Origin: the human T2T-CHM13v2.0 reference genome, Homo sapiens | NCBI RefSeq assembly: GCF_009914755.1 | Contig: NC_060928.1 | DNA: 64,000 bases | Strand: one strand, 5' to 3' | Shown here: positions 12,837-25,220 of the stretch, one piece after another | How the letters are laid out: each line of letters opens with the position of its first letter | How positions within the stretch are numbered: the stretch's first letter is position 1 | The notes under the pieces: generated by a model | Databases searched by the model: none | Told to the model about the DNA's origin: nothing | Seen by the model: the letters and a program-made list of their open reading frames with translations, nothing else | Translations under genes and position numbers: made by a program

Positions 12837-14197
12837 CCCCTATAGTGGGACCTGACTCTTCCCTAAAAAGTTCTAAAGTCTTTAAGGGCAGAACTCTGTC
12901 CTATCATTCTTTTAGAGCTTCTAACATTTCTAGCATATTATACATAGTAAGTCTCCAGTAATTGTTTATTAAATTAAAATATGGGTGTTTTGTACTCAAA
13001 CATTTGAAAAGAATCATAGATGCTGTTTATCTGTAGTCCTAGTTGACTTTCATTGCTTTCTGAAACTATCAATTTTCTCTTATCTGTTGTAACAGCTGAG
13101 AGCTTATCAGAAGAGCTCGTCCTAAACCAGCAGTACATGCGCCTCTCCCATGGCATCACCACATGGCCTCTAAATCAGCTCTTCTTTGTGGGTCGAAATA
13201 AGTCCCACTTTGCTTTCACTAACACGAGTCCTCTTAGGATCCAAGGAAATAATTACTTTAGAGCTCTACTTTTAAATACTATATACAGAAGCCTCTATGC
13301 TTTGGCAATGAATTGAAGAGAGATTTTCTATTGCCACAGAACTCCTTAATCAGGCTCTTCTCAATTTAGAAAAATAAATTTAAAAGACTGACAAACTAAA
13401 TGGAAGTAAGTATAGCTTTTGGTCCTTAGGATAGGGCAAACAACAATTAACCAAAAAACAAGGGGTTGGGTGGATATAGCATGTTCCTGAAAAGTTTTGA
13501 AGATTCTTAAAAGCTAATGTGATTCAAAAGGGAAGAAAGTGTTTTTCTCATATGGTGAATATTCAATCTAGTTTGTATTGTTTTTCCACATGACAATCTT
13601 ATGTACTATATCACATAATGTAAATTATTTTCTATTTCCAAACCTGTGTGGTCATTTACAGGCTAAGTTTGATAAACCAACTTGCTAACCATCCTATCCA
13701 AATCTCACCTACTATTTCAAAATGTTACATTAAAATTTTGGTACCATTGTACTCTTAGTGTTACGGTCAGAGAATGCATGACTGGTGAAGTAAGGTCTGG
13801 GAAGCTGGCCTAGAATCATAACCCACACTCACAATGTGGTCAATGGGCAAGTGCATTCTGAAGTTCACAGCAGGAAAGGGAAAGCAGCATGGAAAACATG
13901 CCCTTTTCCCCATTTGAATCCTCCTACCCTTCGTTTTCTCCTCCTTTACCTGCTTGCTCAATCACAGGTAATAATATTATCCCCCCTTTTCTGTCTTCCC
14001 ATGCTTCACTTTTCCATAACACAATTTGGGCAGCCACTGACTGCCTAGTGGCCAGGACAGGGAATAAGACACGCTCAGGAACTCTTGATTCTTCAGACTT
14101 TAAAGGAATACCAACCAGCCCAGCCATGGCTGTGTCCTTGTAAGAAAGGAAGAAATATTGGTCACTTTCTCTTTGATGTTTACCTATTCCAATAAGA

Positions 14198-14306
14198 GTG
14201 TGAAGGGTGGAGTGAACACATGTCTTTGGAATGGCCCACAACTTCCCTTACCTCCACTAGGCTTGACGGTGGTATCAACTTGTCCTATAACACACATGGG
14301 CCAGTC
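14198..14306 (+). repeat. Copy 2 of a 109-bp dispersed direct duplication
   Basis: Matches 12457-12565 with 4 mismatches. Confidence 0.97.
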
Positions 14307-15369
14307 CCTCACATTTTTCCACATGTAGAAGATGCTCCTGTTCCCCACCTGCATGTCTTCTAGTGTGGAATGAGAGAAGAGACATCCAGAGGCCCACGCC
14401 CTCCCTTCACCTCCACCACAGCCATGTAATTAGGTGAACTTGGGCAAGTCACTTCAACTCCTTAGGTCTCAGCTGAACCATGTGATTGCTAGGCCACTTG
14501 TAGCTGAATGTTCTGCTCCATTTTTTAAGACTCCTACAGCTTTGCTTTATTGTTTGCTTATTTTTTTTCTCTATCTCTCTTTTGCTCCATGAGGGCAGAG
14601 ACAATATCCGTATCATCAGACACTAGGAACGGGCCTGGCAGAAGACAGCCAGGAGGCATTATGTAAGGAGAATGAATGTACCGAGATAGGAAAACCAATA
14701 TTTTCACATTTAAAAGGCAATCTTAACAAAGCAATAAGGAAGAAACAATGATCCGCTTTTTTAGTTCACTAACAATAGTAACTGAGGAATGTCAACATCA
14801 TCAAGCCTTCATGTAATACAGATAGAACAGTAAATCTCAGAAGAAGTGGAATGGAGATGGTGGCTGAGGTCATAAGAATCACTTATATAATAAGAATCAC
14901 TTATATTTGCAGTTACAGAAAATGAGTGAGCTTATAAAAAGTACTTCTTGGACCTTGTGCCTTCATAATCCAGTACTAACGTGGGACTCCAAGCATTCAT
15001 CTTTGAACTAGGTATCTCATCAAATAATTCTGAAGCACTGATGCTCATCAACACATCAACCCAATTAGGAACCATCAAATTAGGCTCCTTCCAGTCCAGC
15101 AATATGTAACTCTATGACACACATTAAGTTTTACCAAATCTCTATTTATTTGTTTGCCTTGGGGTATTTCAGTATTATAATTTTATAACCACATATCAAG
15201 TAGATGCTATAATTTCATGCCTTACATGTACCTAATTTAATCATTTATATTAAGGCCTATATTTGTCTCTAATATTAGTATATTCTAAGAGTATGCTTTA
15301 TGAATTTTAATCATAAAAAATACATTATATATGGCAAAGAGGAGAAAAATAAGGTTCCTTCCATCTGGG

Positions 15370-15568
15370 GCAGGGTTTCAACCTCAGCATTATTTACACT
15401 TTGGGCTTGATAATTCTGTGTTGTGGGGGGAGTTCTATGCATTGTAGGATGTTTGGCAGCATCTCTGGCTTTTACTCACTAGATACCAGCACTCTCTTGC
15501 TAGTTGTAGCGATGAAAAATAACTACAGACATTGCGAAACCCACCCGCTTCCTGCACCAGAAACCACT
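15370..15568 (+). mobile_element. MER20 hAT-Charlie DNA transposon
   Basis: GATAATTCTGTGTTGTGGGGGG...TGCATTGTAGGATGTTTGGCAGCATCTCTGGC...CAGACATTGC. Confidence 0.85.
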
Positions 15569-15722
15569 AAAAAAAAAAAATTAAAATAATTTAAATAGTC
15601 ATGGGTCCCAAAATACAAAATGTCCATTAATGTTTATACACAAGGTAAAGCTATGGGATCAATAGGCAATTACTTAAGAAAAAGGGCTACTGGTATACTT
15701 GGTGTGAAAGTATATTCACTCG

Positions 15723-16034
<312 letters not shown>

Positions 16035-19000
16035 GAAAGTATATTCACTCATATTTTAGTGGCTTCAACACCTTTATGAATAGTCAGGCAAATGAGTTTT
16101 ATCAAAACGGTCATCTATTTTCTATTTTGTACATAAAGCTTACACAGGTGGAAAAACCTCCAAAATTAGTACACGCATGTTCTAAGACTATGAAGAAATT
16201 CCAAATAACATTTTCTTAACCTTCTTTTTGGAAAACTGGACACTGTCATTCAAAATCTTACTGTAGACTCCATGATTTAAGACCATGTCTAGACAGAATG
16301 AAACAAAATGGGGACTTGGCAATTCTTTGGTATTATTACTTTGCTTCAAACTTTTCTCTTTGGGATTTAAATTACAGCTTTTAGCTGTCAACACTAATAA
16401 ATTTAACCAGATGATTAGCAAACTTACAAATAACTTTTTGCCATATAGGCATTACCTACTGTCATGAGTTAAAGATGTTTCCATTCCCTCCTATGATTTC
16501 TCTTCAGAACAGGTTTGGAATCCCAGAGGAAAGTGTAAAAAGTTTAAAAAGAAAATCACTCATTCTGCAAGTTTAACACTAGAGAGTGAGATATTTTATT
16601 CCAATGGATCAGACCCAACAAGTTATGAACTTTAGATAAACTTCTTTGGAACTGTAAGACCTCAAGAATGTTTCCTTCTGTGCTTTCTTTTGTAACAGAT
16701 TTGAAAATAAGCTGGAGTTGTTGTTGTTGTTTCTGAAGGAATATTACAGGTCTTTCAAGCAAAATGTGTCAAGAAGAGAGTCACATTGACTGTTTAACCT
16801 TAGAATTATATATATGCATTTTAAACATGTTCCTAAATGGTAGCACAAAAGGAATTTCCTAACCTTGTTAAGAATTACCAACCTTATAAAAGGGGGTAAT
16901 TTTCCCAAATAAAATTCAATAGATTTAAATTACAGCAAATTTTAAAGCATTTTAAATTTCTATTGGTATGTAATTCACAGTGGAACATAGAAAGTTAACC
17001 ATTTCTCAGAGGCTATTATGTTTGTTTTTAAAACTAAATATAAGTATTTTGTATGTGAAAAATTTTCAGATTATTCATCTAGAGTCTACCACAGTCCAGA
17101 TTTCTCACAGTATCTTTTGTTCATTTTACTGCTCCTTAACAGATGCATGAGAAAGCTAAAGAAAAATAAAGATGAACTACTTTTATTCTACTACACTCCA
17201 TATTTTGATAAACCAGTTCATCTTTTTTGCTTTAAGCTGAACTTTTCAAAAATAATCAGATAAGTAATTATAATATGTCCATTCTCTTTTTAAAGGTGGA
17301 ATCCCATATGTTCCTATTATTCCTATTAATTCTGGTGAGTATGTTATGTCATTTAAGGGTTTTATCACAGGCTTACTTTCCTGAGGGTTTCAACTAGATT
17401 GTTTCTGTTTCCCATTTTTTAAAATAAAAGTTCATTTATTACAGACGTGCAAAAGTTTACATTTATGCATACATGATTATAATTGATAAACTAAAAAGTC
17501 ATACATCTAAAAGTTAGGAGACTCAAGATTATAGCTGAAGTTAGTCAATGACTCACAGTAAAACACTGCTAACTTATTTAGTGGCCCCTTCTATAACACC
17601 AATCTGCCATCAAACCACTGCAGAAATACTCTGAAGTTAAATAGCAATACATTGAAATAACATGTATTTAAAACACCAAGAGGTTTCTTTTAAAAAGTTT
17701 TAATATATGCACAATTGAGTACAATATCATTCTAGGAACTTATAAAACTCCTATCAAAATACCATGGTTCAGAGACAGTAGCAAATAAAATAATACATAA
17801 TGATAAAACAGGAAATATTTATATATTGCTTTCTTCCTCATTTATAATCGTCTTTTCTTTTTAATGAATTTTGATTGAGACTGCTACGTGACAAGTTGTC
17901 TGGGCTTCCCTAATCTTCTCTAGTCATTTCTTTTGGAGTTAGAATGACATTAATTCCAGATGAAAATAAATATTATCTCTCTTCGCACTGTGCCTAGCAC
18001 GTAGTAAGTATAAGAATAAGCTTCCAATTTAAATGAAGAACCTGACACATGGGGCAAAACTAATGATGATCATAATCATTTACCATGTCCTAAGAGATTA
18101 CTATATAGACATCATGAACTGGCTATCATAATACAGGTCATTGCTTAACCTATCCAGTGTAATGTTAACAGATCCATGTAAGGTGACAGAAGTGGGCCCA
18201 AGGTCTCTTAGGAAACATATAGTTTGACCATGCAGAGGGCATCATGGCCAATTGTACCTGCGATGTCAGGAAGAGGAACCCACTAGATGACCATCCTTGG
18301 GAAAGAGTCAACCATGCCAGCCCAGACACATATAGCCAGCTGCTGGCATTGGATTCTGCATATAACCTACCATGACAGAGGTTTCTACAGGCCTTTTTCC
18401 CTACTTCCTTATGCAGGAATATTCATCTGGATAATGAAGATCCCCTGTCCTAAATCTGAGATTTGGCTTGCATTTAAACATGAAATTAAACATGTATTTA
18501 AACTGAAAATCTGCTGCAAACTGTTTCTCTCATGTTGAAATACAACTGTTTGATTGGGTTTTCATGCCTTATAATGTTTTCTTATTGTTTCTTTTGAATA
18601 GTTTAGCTGTTTTTACTTTGCTCTCCACTGTATCAGGAGTGAGGGCACATTATTGATGCAAAGAAATAGGACCAGGAATCAGGGAATCAGATCTTAAACT
18701 GACTCCTCATATTTGTGTCCCCTGGAAAATTCTCACGCGGCTTTCTCAGTGGGAATAGGCAATTCCAATAAGTGACTCCAGAGATTCCTCTCAGTTCCAA
18801 AGACCTAGGACTGTAGTATTTCTCCTATATATATCCTAGGGTCAGAATAAGCTAATGGGTCTCATAGCTCCTTATGCCAGCATTACAGAAAGATGTACCC
18901 TCAGATAGACTCAAGAGTCCCTAAGATGTAGCCCAATGTCATTCAGGACCCCAAAGCCTCATATTTCCTTTTAAATTGGTCTAAGACAAAGAAATCTTGA

Positions 19001-19066
19001 TGTAAAGACACCTAACTAACAATACCTATACCAAGCAGGGAGATATATATATATATATATATATTA

Positions 19067-19541
19067 CAGTTGACCCTTTAACAACGTAAGTTTGAACTTC
19101 CCAAGTCCACTTATACATGAATTTTTTTCATTAAGTTATACAGAGTATGCATGCCTCCCCTGCCACCTCCTCTACCTACTCCTTCTCTGCCACCCTTGAG
19201 ACAGCAAGACGAATCTCTCCTCTTCCTCCTCAGCCTACTCAATGTAAAGGCAACAAGGATGATTATGATGGTCCACTTCCACTTAATGCATAGTAATTTT
19301 CTCTTCCTTAATGATTTTCTTCGTAACATTTTCTTTTCTATGGCTTACTTTACTGTAAGAATATGGTATATATAATACATATAACATACACAGTATATGT
19401 TAATTAACTTTATGTTATCCATCAGGCTTCCAGCCAACAGTAGGCTATTAGTAGTTAAGTCTGGGGGGAGTTAAAACTTATGCATGAATTTTCGACTACA
19501 TGAGGGGTCAGTGCCCCAAGTCCCCAAATTGTTCAAGGGTC

Positions 19542-19546
<5 letters not shown>
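19067..19546 (+). mobile_element. Tigger2a-like TcMar non-autonomous element
   Basis: TIRs CAGTTGACCCTT..AACAA / TTGTTCAAGGGTCTACTG; preceded by TA at the end of a (TA)n run. Confidence 0.85.

Positions 19547-19586
<40 letters not shown>
19545..19586. repeat. (TG)n microsatellite
   Basis: Read directly. Confidence 0.98.
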
Positions 19587-19590
<4 letters not shown>

Positions 19591-19771
19591 CACTCATGCA
19601 TTGCTTTATGATGGGGATATGCTCTGAGAAATGTATAATTGGGCAATTTTGTCATTGTGCGAACATTAGAGTGTACTTGCACAAACCTAGATGGTATATA
19701 TGTATATATTATTTCCCCATAGAAAACTATGATATTCAGCACCACTGCTGAATATCAATAATTTCTCTTAA

Positions 19772-20038
<267 letters not shown>

Positions 20039-20071
20039 TGAAGACTTAGAAGCTGGACAATGACAGAAGGT

Positions 20072-20208
20072 TTTTTTGTTTGTTTTTTGGGTTTTTTTTT
20101 TGTTTAGAGACAGGGTCTCACAATGTTGCCCAGGCTGGTCTTGAACAATCCTCCCACCTCTGCCTGCCAAGTAACTGGGATTATAGGAATGAGCCATCAT
20201 GCCTGGCT
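20072..20208 (-). mobile_element. FLAM/FAM-type Alu monomer
   Basis: T-rich tail followed by an antisense Alu monomer. Confidence 0.8.
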
Positions 20209-21213
20209 CAAATATACTCCATTATAATCATATGGGACCCTGTCCTATATGGGGTCTGTCACTAACTGAATCATCGTTATGCAGCACATGACTGCTATGT
20301 GTATATATGTATTTATTTATAAGAAATAAATATTACATACCAGAATTTTACAGTTTTGTCCTCTAACTCTTTGGAATGCTAAAGGACAGACACTTGTCTT
20401 TTTAAATACCCCCATTGTACCAAATATGTACAGAGCCTCAGGAAATGAATATGAGTAAATAAATTTATAATTTCCATTATAAAATGTCTAACTTATTTTC
20501 ATCAGGTCATAAGCATTAGGAGGTAAGGCCATGTTTACACTGTCTGCCCTATATCATCAAGGACCAGCATGCCACATAGTCTTACAGCTACTTTAAAAGG
20601 CATTCTTTGAACACACTTTTTTTGAATGTGTACCCAGCTTCATGCTTGGCACTGAATTTGCAAAGGTGATCAAGATAATAATCTCTTAAAAGCATAAAAA
20701 TCTTTTAAAATTAAAACAATATAATAGCCTCTGCTTCCCAGAAACATAGTCTACTAAGAAGGCGGGGTGGAGGAAGTAAATAAGCAGATAACAGACTAAC
20801 ACACTGCTATTTCAGAGAGACAAATAATTTGGGTCAGACCACAAATAGGGTCATACCACAAATCAGACAAATAAGCTACAAATTAGCTTCACTTAACAGA
20901 TACAAATTAGTAAGGTTAATGTCCACTCATTAAACATTTCAATCTCTCAAGTCAAGCTACCCATATAAACACTTGGTATCCAGAAGATGTTGATCATAGT
21001 AGCTATAAAACAGGTTTAGTCAGAAAAGCTATTAGGATCAAAAATTGGCAGTCACACATCTTGGCTTGGGTATTCCTAACACATAAAGGACAAATATCAC
21101 ATCAAAAACATAAACCGTGAGCAACCTACCGGTGCAACACCATTAATATTACCATAGTGATAAAACCATTTTTGTTTTAATGTTTTAAATTAATTTTAAA
21201 ATCCCTTTTTGCC

Positions 21214-21493
21214 AGCCAGGTGTGGTGGTTCATGCCTGTAATCCCAGCACTTTGGGAGGCCGAGGCAGGTGGATCACTTGATGCCAGGAGTTCAAGACCA
21301 ACCTGGCCAACACGGTGAAACCCTCTCTCTACTAAAAAATAGAAAAAAATAGCTAGGCATGGTGACACACGCCTGCAGTTTCAGCTGCTCGAGAAGCTGG
21401 GGCACAAGAATCGCTCTGCCGGGAGGCAGAGGTTGCACTGAGCCAAGATCGCACCACTACACTCCAGCCTGGGTGACAGAACGAGACTCTGCC
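21214..21493 (+). mobile_element. AluS lacking a poly(A) tail
   Basis: Dimeric Alu body ending GAGACTCTGCCA with no A-tail. Confidence 0.9.
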
Positions 21494-22108
21494 ACGTAAT
21501 ATTTCATATAGTAGTCCTAAATGTCATTCTGGATTGTACTGTATATCTGCCTCCCTCAAAATAATAATATCTCTGAATAATTCTGAGTTCTCTCCATACA
21601 AAAAAAATCACTGTTTCTATCACTATGTATAAATATTCTGGTAGACACCAAAAAATAATAATGAAAAGGGAAAAGTATTCATCTAAAATTATCACAATCT
21701 TTAGATTTAGGAACAGGATTTTACTTTAAATCATTCCAAACATCCTTAAAACAGAAGTCACCATCATTCACCACAAATGGAATCATCTCAAACACCAAGA
21801 CAGTAAACATGTTTATACTTACATTTACAAATTTACATAAATGCATATATTTGTATATAAAATGACTCATTTATATAAATACATATACACAGACACTGAC
21901 ATACAAACTAGCATTCATATCTTCAAATGTCCAACATTCACATTGTGTTTACTGAAACTACAAAATTCAATTGATTTAATGTCAAATAACATGATACTAC
22001 CTGCTAAATATTAGGCCCTCCCTACTCAAACATTTCCAATGAAATCTGTGTTATGAATCACCCAATTCAATTGATAATCCTTGACACAAGTAATGTTAAC
22101 AACCATTA

Positions 22109-22195
22109 TGTATATTAAATTTATATATAATATATATTAATTATATATTAAATTTATATATTATATATATTATATTTATATATAATATATATGTA
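22109..22195. repeat. (TA)-rich low-complexity tract
   Basis: Read directly. Confidence 0.9.
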
Positions 22196-22196
22196 A

Positions 22197-22490
22197 TTTT
22201 TTTTTTTTTTGGAGACAGAATCTTGCTCTGTCACCCAGGCTGAAGTGCAGTGACACAATCTCAGCTCACCTCAACCTCTGCCTCCCAGGTTCAAGACATT
22301 CTCCTGCCTCAGCCTACCGAGTAGCTAGGATTTACAGGCACTTGCCACCACACCTGGTTAATTTTTGTATTTTCAGTAGAGACGGGGTTTCACCATGTTG
22401 GCCAGGCTGGTCTTAGCTCCTGACCTCGTGATCCACCCGCCTCAGCCTCCCAAAGTGCTGGGATTACAGGTGTGAACCACCGCGTCCAGC
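22197..22490 (-). mobile_element. AluS, full length
   Basis: Poly(T) followed by an antisense dimeric Alu. Confidence 0.93.
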
Positions 22491-23234
22491 TTTTAAAGCA
22501 GTATTATATAGCACCATATTTTATATATATATATATATAATTTTAAAAATCACAGTTAAAGGAAATTACTAGATAATGATCTAATTAAAATAAAATATGC
22601 AAATAAGTAAATATTATTTATATTTGCTTTCTGCAAAAATTGACCCATTTAATGTAGTTTATAGAATATCCTAAAGAAATTTGTTTCGAAGAAAAAAATT
22701 AAAAATGAATGCAAAGCTACACAGCTTCTAAAGGGTATACTTTTTTAGATACTAGTTTTACTGATAGAGATTATGTATACTTTTAAATATTTATTCCATT
22801 TGATAATAATGAAAAACAAAATGTATAAATGCTGTAGATAGAGCACTAGATTTAGAGTAATCTCATTTGTAAATTGGTTTTATGCCAGAAATACTCCCCA
22901 GAATGTTGCTCAAATGAAGCATCAAGCATCAGCTCCCTCATTAGCCAGCTGTGTAACCAGGGACAAGTAATTCACCTCAGTTTGAACATCTTTAAAATGC
23001 TGATGCATCCTCATCTTCAAGGTTCCTTCTGGATTTAACATTATGAAAAGACCAAACTGCGATGATATATTATTACAAGAATCTTATAATTCAAAAAGCA
23101 AGGATAAACTTTTCTAAGTTAGCACACTATTACAGAGTGATGACTGTTAATCTGTAACAAGTTTGTTATAGCATTCAATAATAAGACAATTAACAGAACA
23201 TGACATGACATCTCTAAGGCTGCCATTACGGCAC

Positions 23235-23373
23235 TTTTCTGTTTTTTTGAGATGGAATTTCACTCTTGTTGCCCAGGCTGGAGTGCAAAGGCGCAATCTC
23301 AGCTTACCGCAACCTCCGCCTCCTGGTTCAAGCGATTCTCCTGCCTTAGCCTCCCTAGTAGCTGGGACTACAG
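23235..23373 (-). mobile_element. Alu right-arm fragment (Sp/Sq-like)
   Basis: TTTCACTCTTGTTGCCCAGGCTGGAGTGCA...GCTGGGACTACAG. Confidence 0.85.
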
Positions 23374-23949
23374 CACATTTTTATGCAGAACTCAAACTAA
23401 TCTAAAAAACCAGTTAATTTTCAATATTATCATTCCAATTGAGAAAGGGAGAAACTGAGTCCCAGAACCACAAGAGTGATTTGGCCCCATGTCAGCCAGA
23501 CAGAATACAACATGACAAGACAGAAGTTTCTGGCTCCAACCTCTGCCTTTTAAGAGTAAATGCAATTCAGACTCCCTAATTACTCTAAGGCAGAGTTATT
23601 AACAAAGCACAGGAATCAAGTTGAAAACTTTAAGGTTGAATGTATGTCTTGCTTAAAAATTGGGAATGGCCATTAAATTTAGTTTTGAGTATCATTCAAA
23701 GCTATATTCTACTTCAAAATTCATACCTCCCTTAAAAAACTCTAGACAAATTTTTCATCATCAAAAAGAGATTCAATCTCCACTGTGACTACGTCAAAAT
23801 GCGAGGGAAATACAAGGACAGATTCTGTAATTCTGTATATTTACCTCTAGGTTCAGTAATACATTGTTCAAAAAATGTGTAATTCTGACTCATTTCAAAA
23901 TAGCATGTTTCCCTAAAGTAAAATGGCCAAAATTTATATGTAAAATTCT

Positions 23950-25220
23950 ACTGATACTTTTAAAATGACAAATGTAATATTCATATTCATTTCACATCCA
24001 CCTCTCCAGCAAGATACACTAGCTCACCCTAGGGAAATATCCTTATTTTTTCTACAAGTACACAAAAATATACAAACATATGCATTTTTGTATTTTTTTC
24101 AGCAAAATTATATGAAATACATGACCATATATTTATATGTACCTACATATCTACAACTTTCTTTGCTCACTTCAAAAATATCATGTACATTTTCCCAAGT
24201 GTACGGTGATCCAATTATTTTAATATAGCTGCATGACATCCCATAGTTTGAATGTACCATATGTAATCCAAAAATGTTTCACTGATATTTTTAACAAATA
24301 AAAATACATCTTTAACAATTAACTTATATTCACAATGTACAGGTTGTTAACAATAGACATTCTCGTACTCTATGTATTGGTATTCTCTATAGGATGGATT
24401 CCCAGAAGTGGGATAGGATCACTGAGACAAAAAGTACATTTTTCATTCACCTTGTTATCGTGAGTACATAAAAATGTCAACTATCTGATATTCTTAGAAG
24501 CACTGGCAATTGGAAGTCCTCTTAAGTGCACCAATTTGATGGGATAAAAATGACATCTTACTGTTTTTGTTTGTATTATCATGACCACTCATAATGTTGA
24601 ACATATTTCTATATCTTCACTGGTCAAACTTGCAATTTGTCTGATGTTCATGTCCTTTCAAAACTGTTTTTTGTTCCATTAATGTGCTGACGCCCTGTAC
24701 ATATTAGTTAACCTTCTTTTCACCATATTTGTTGCAAATATTTTCTGCTAGTATTTTGCCTTTGTTTATGGTGTCTTTTATAAATGAGAATGTTTTACTT
24801 ATGCAACCAAATCTGTTATTATGCATTATCAATCAAAGTTTCTTAACATGTGTACAAAGACCTCTTTCATCAGGATATTTCAGTAATAGTCTCTTATGTT
24901 TTTTCCTAATACTTTTTATTTAAATTGTTTTTTGATTCTATTTGTGCTATTACTATACTTGGAATTTCCTTATAGTACTATCTTTGGTGAGAGCCACGCC
25001 ATAATATTTACTGAATAATCCATGCTTTTCCTATTTAATGGAAATGTCATTTCTTCATTTCAGTAAGGTTCACTATGTACTGGAACCTGTTTCTGGGTTT
25101 TGCCTAATGATGCCCATTTCCGTGCCAATAGAGACCTACAGTTGGTAGATTTTACTTCCTGGTACAAGGACAATATTCCCTGTAGTTTCATTTCTAGTTT
25201 ATTTCTACAGATGAAAAAGG
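23950..25220 (-). mobile_element. Ancient L1M (L1ME-like) remnant
   Basis: Degenerate antisense L1 phrases (ATAGCTGCAT..CCATAGTTTGAATGTACCAT; GTTGAACATATTTC; GTTGCAAATATTTTCT). Confidence 0.6.

Noticed and set aside
12457-14306. LTR pair or target-site duplication flanking a 1.6-kb element
   Set aside because: There are no TG...CA termini, PBS or PPT, the interior is not retroviral, and 109 bp is far longer than a normal TSD. It is kept instead as a templated duplication.
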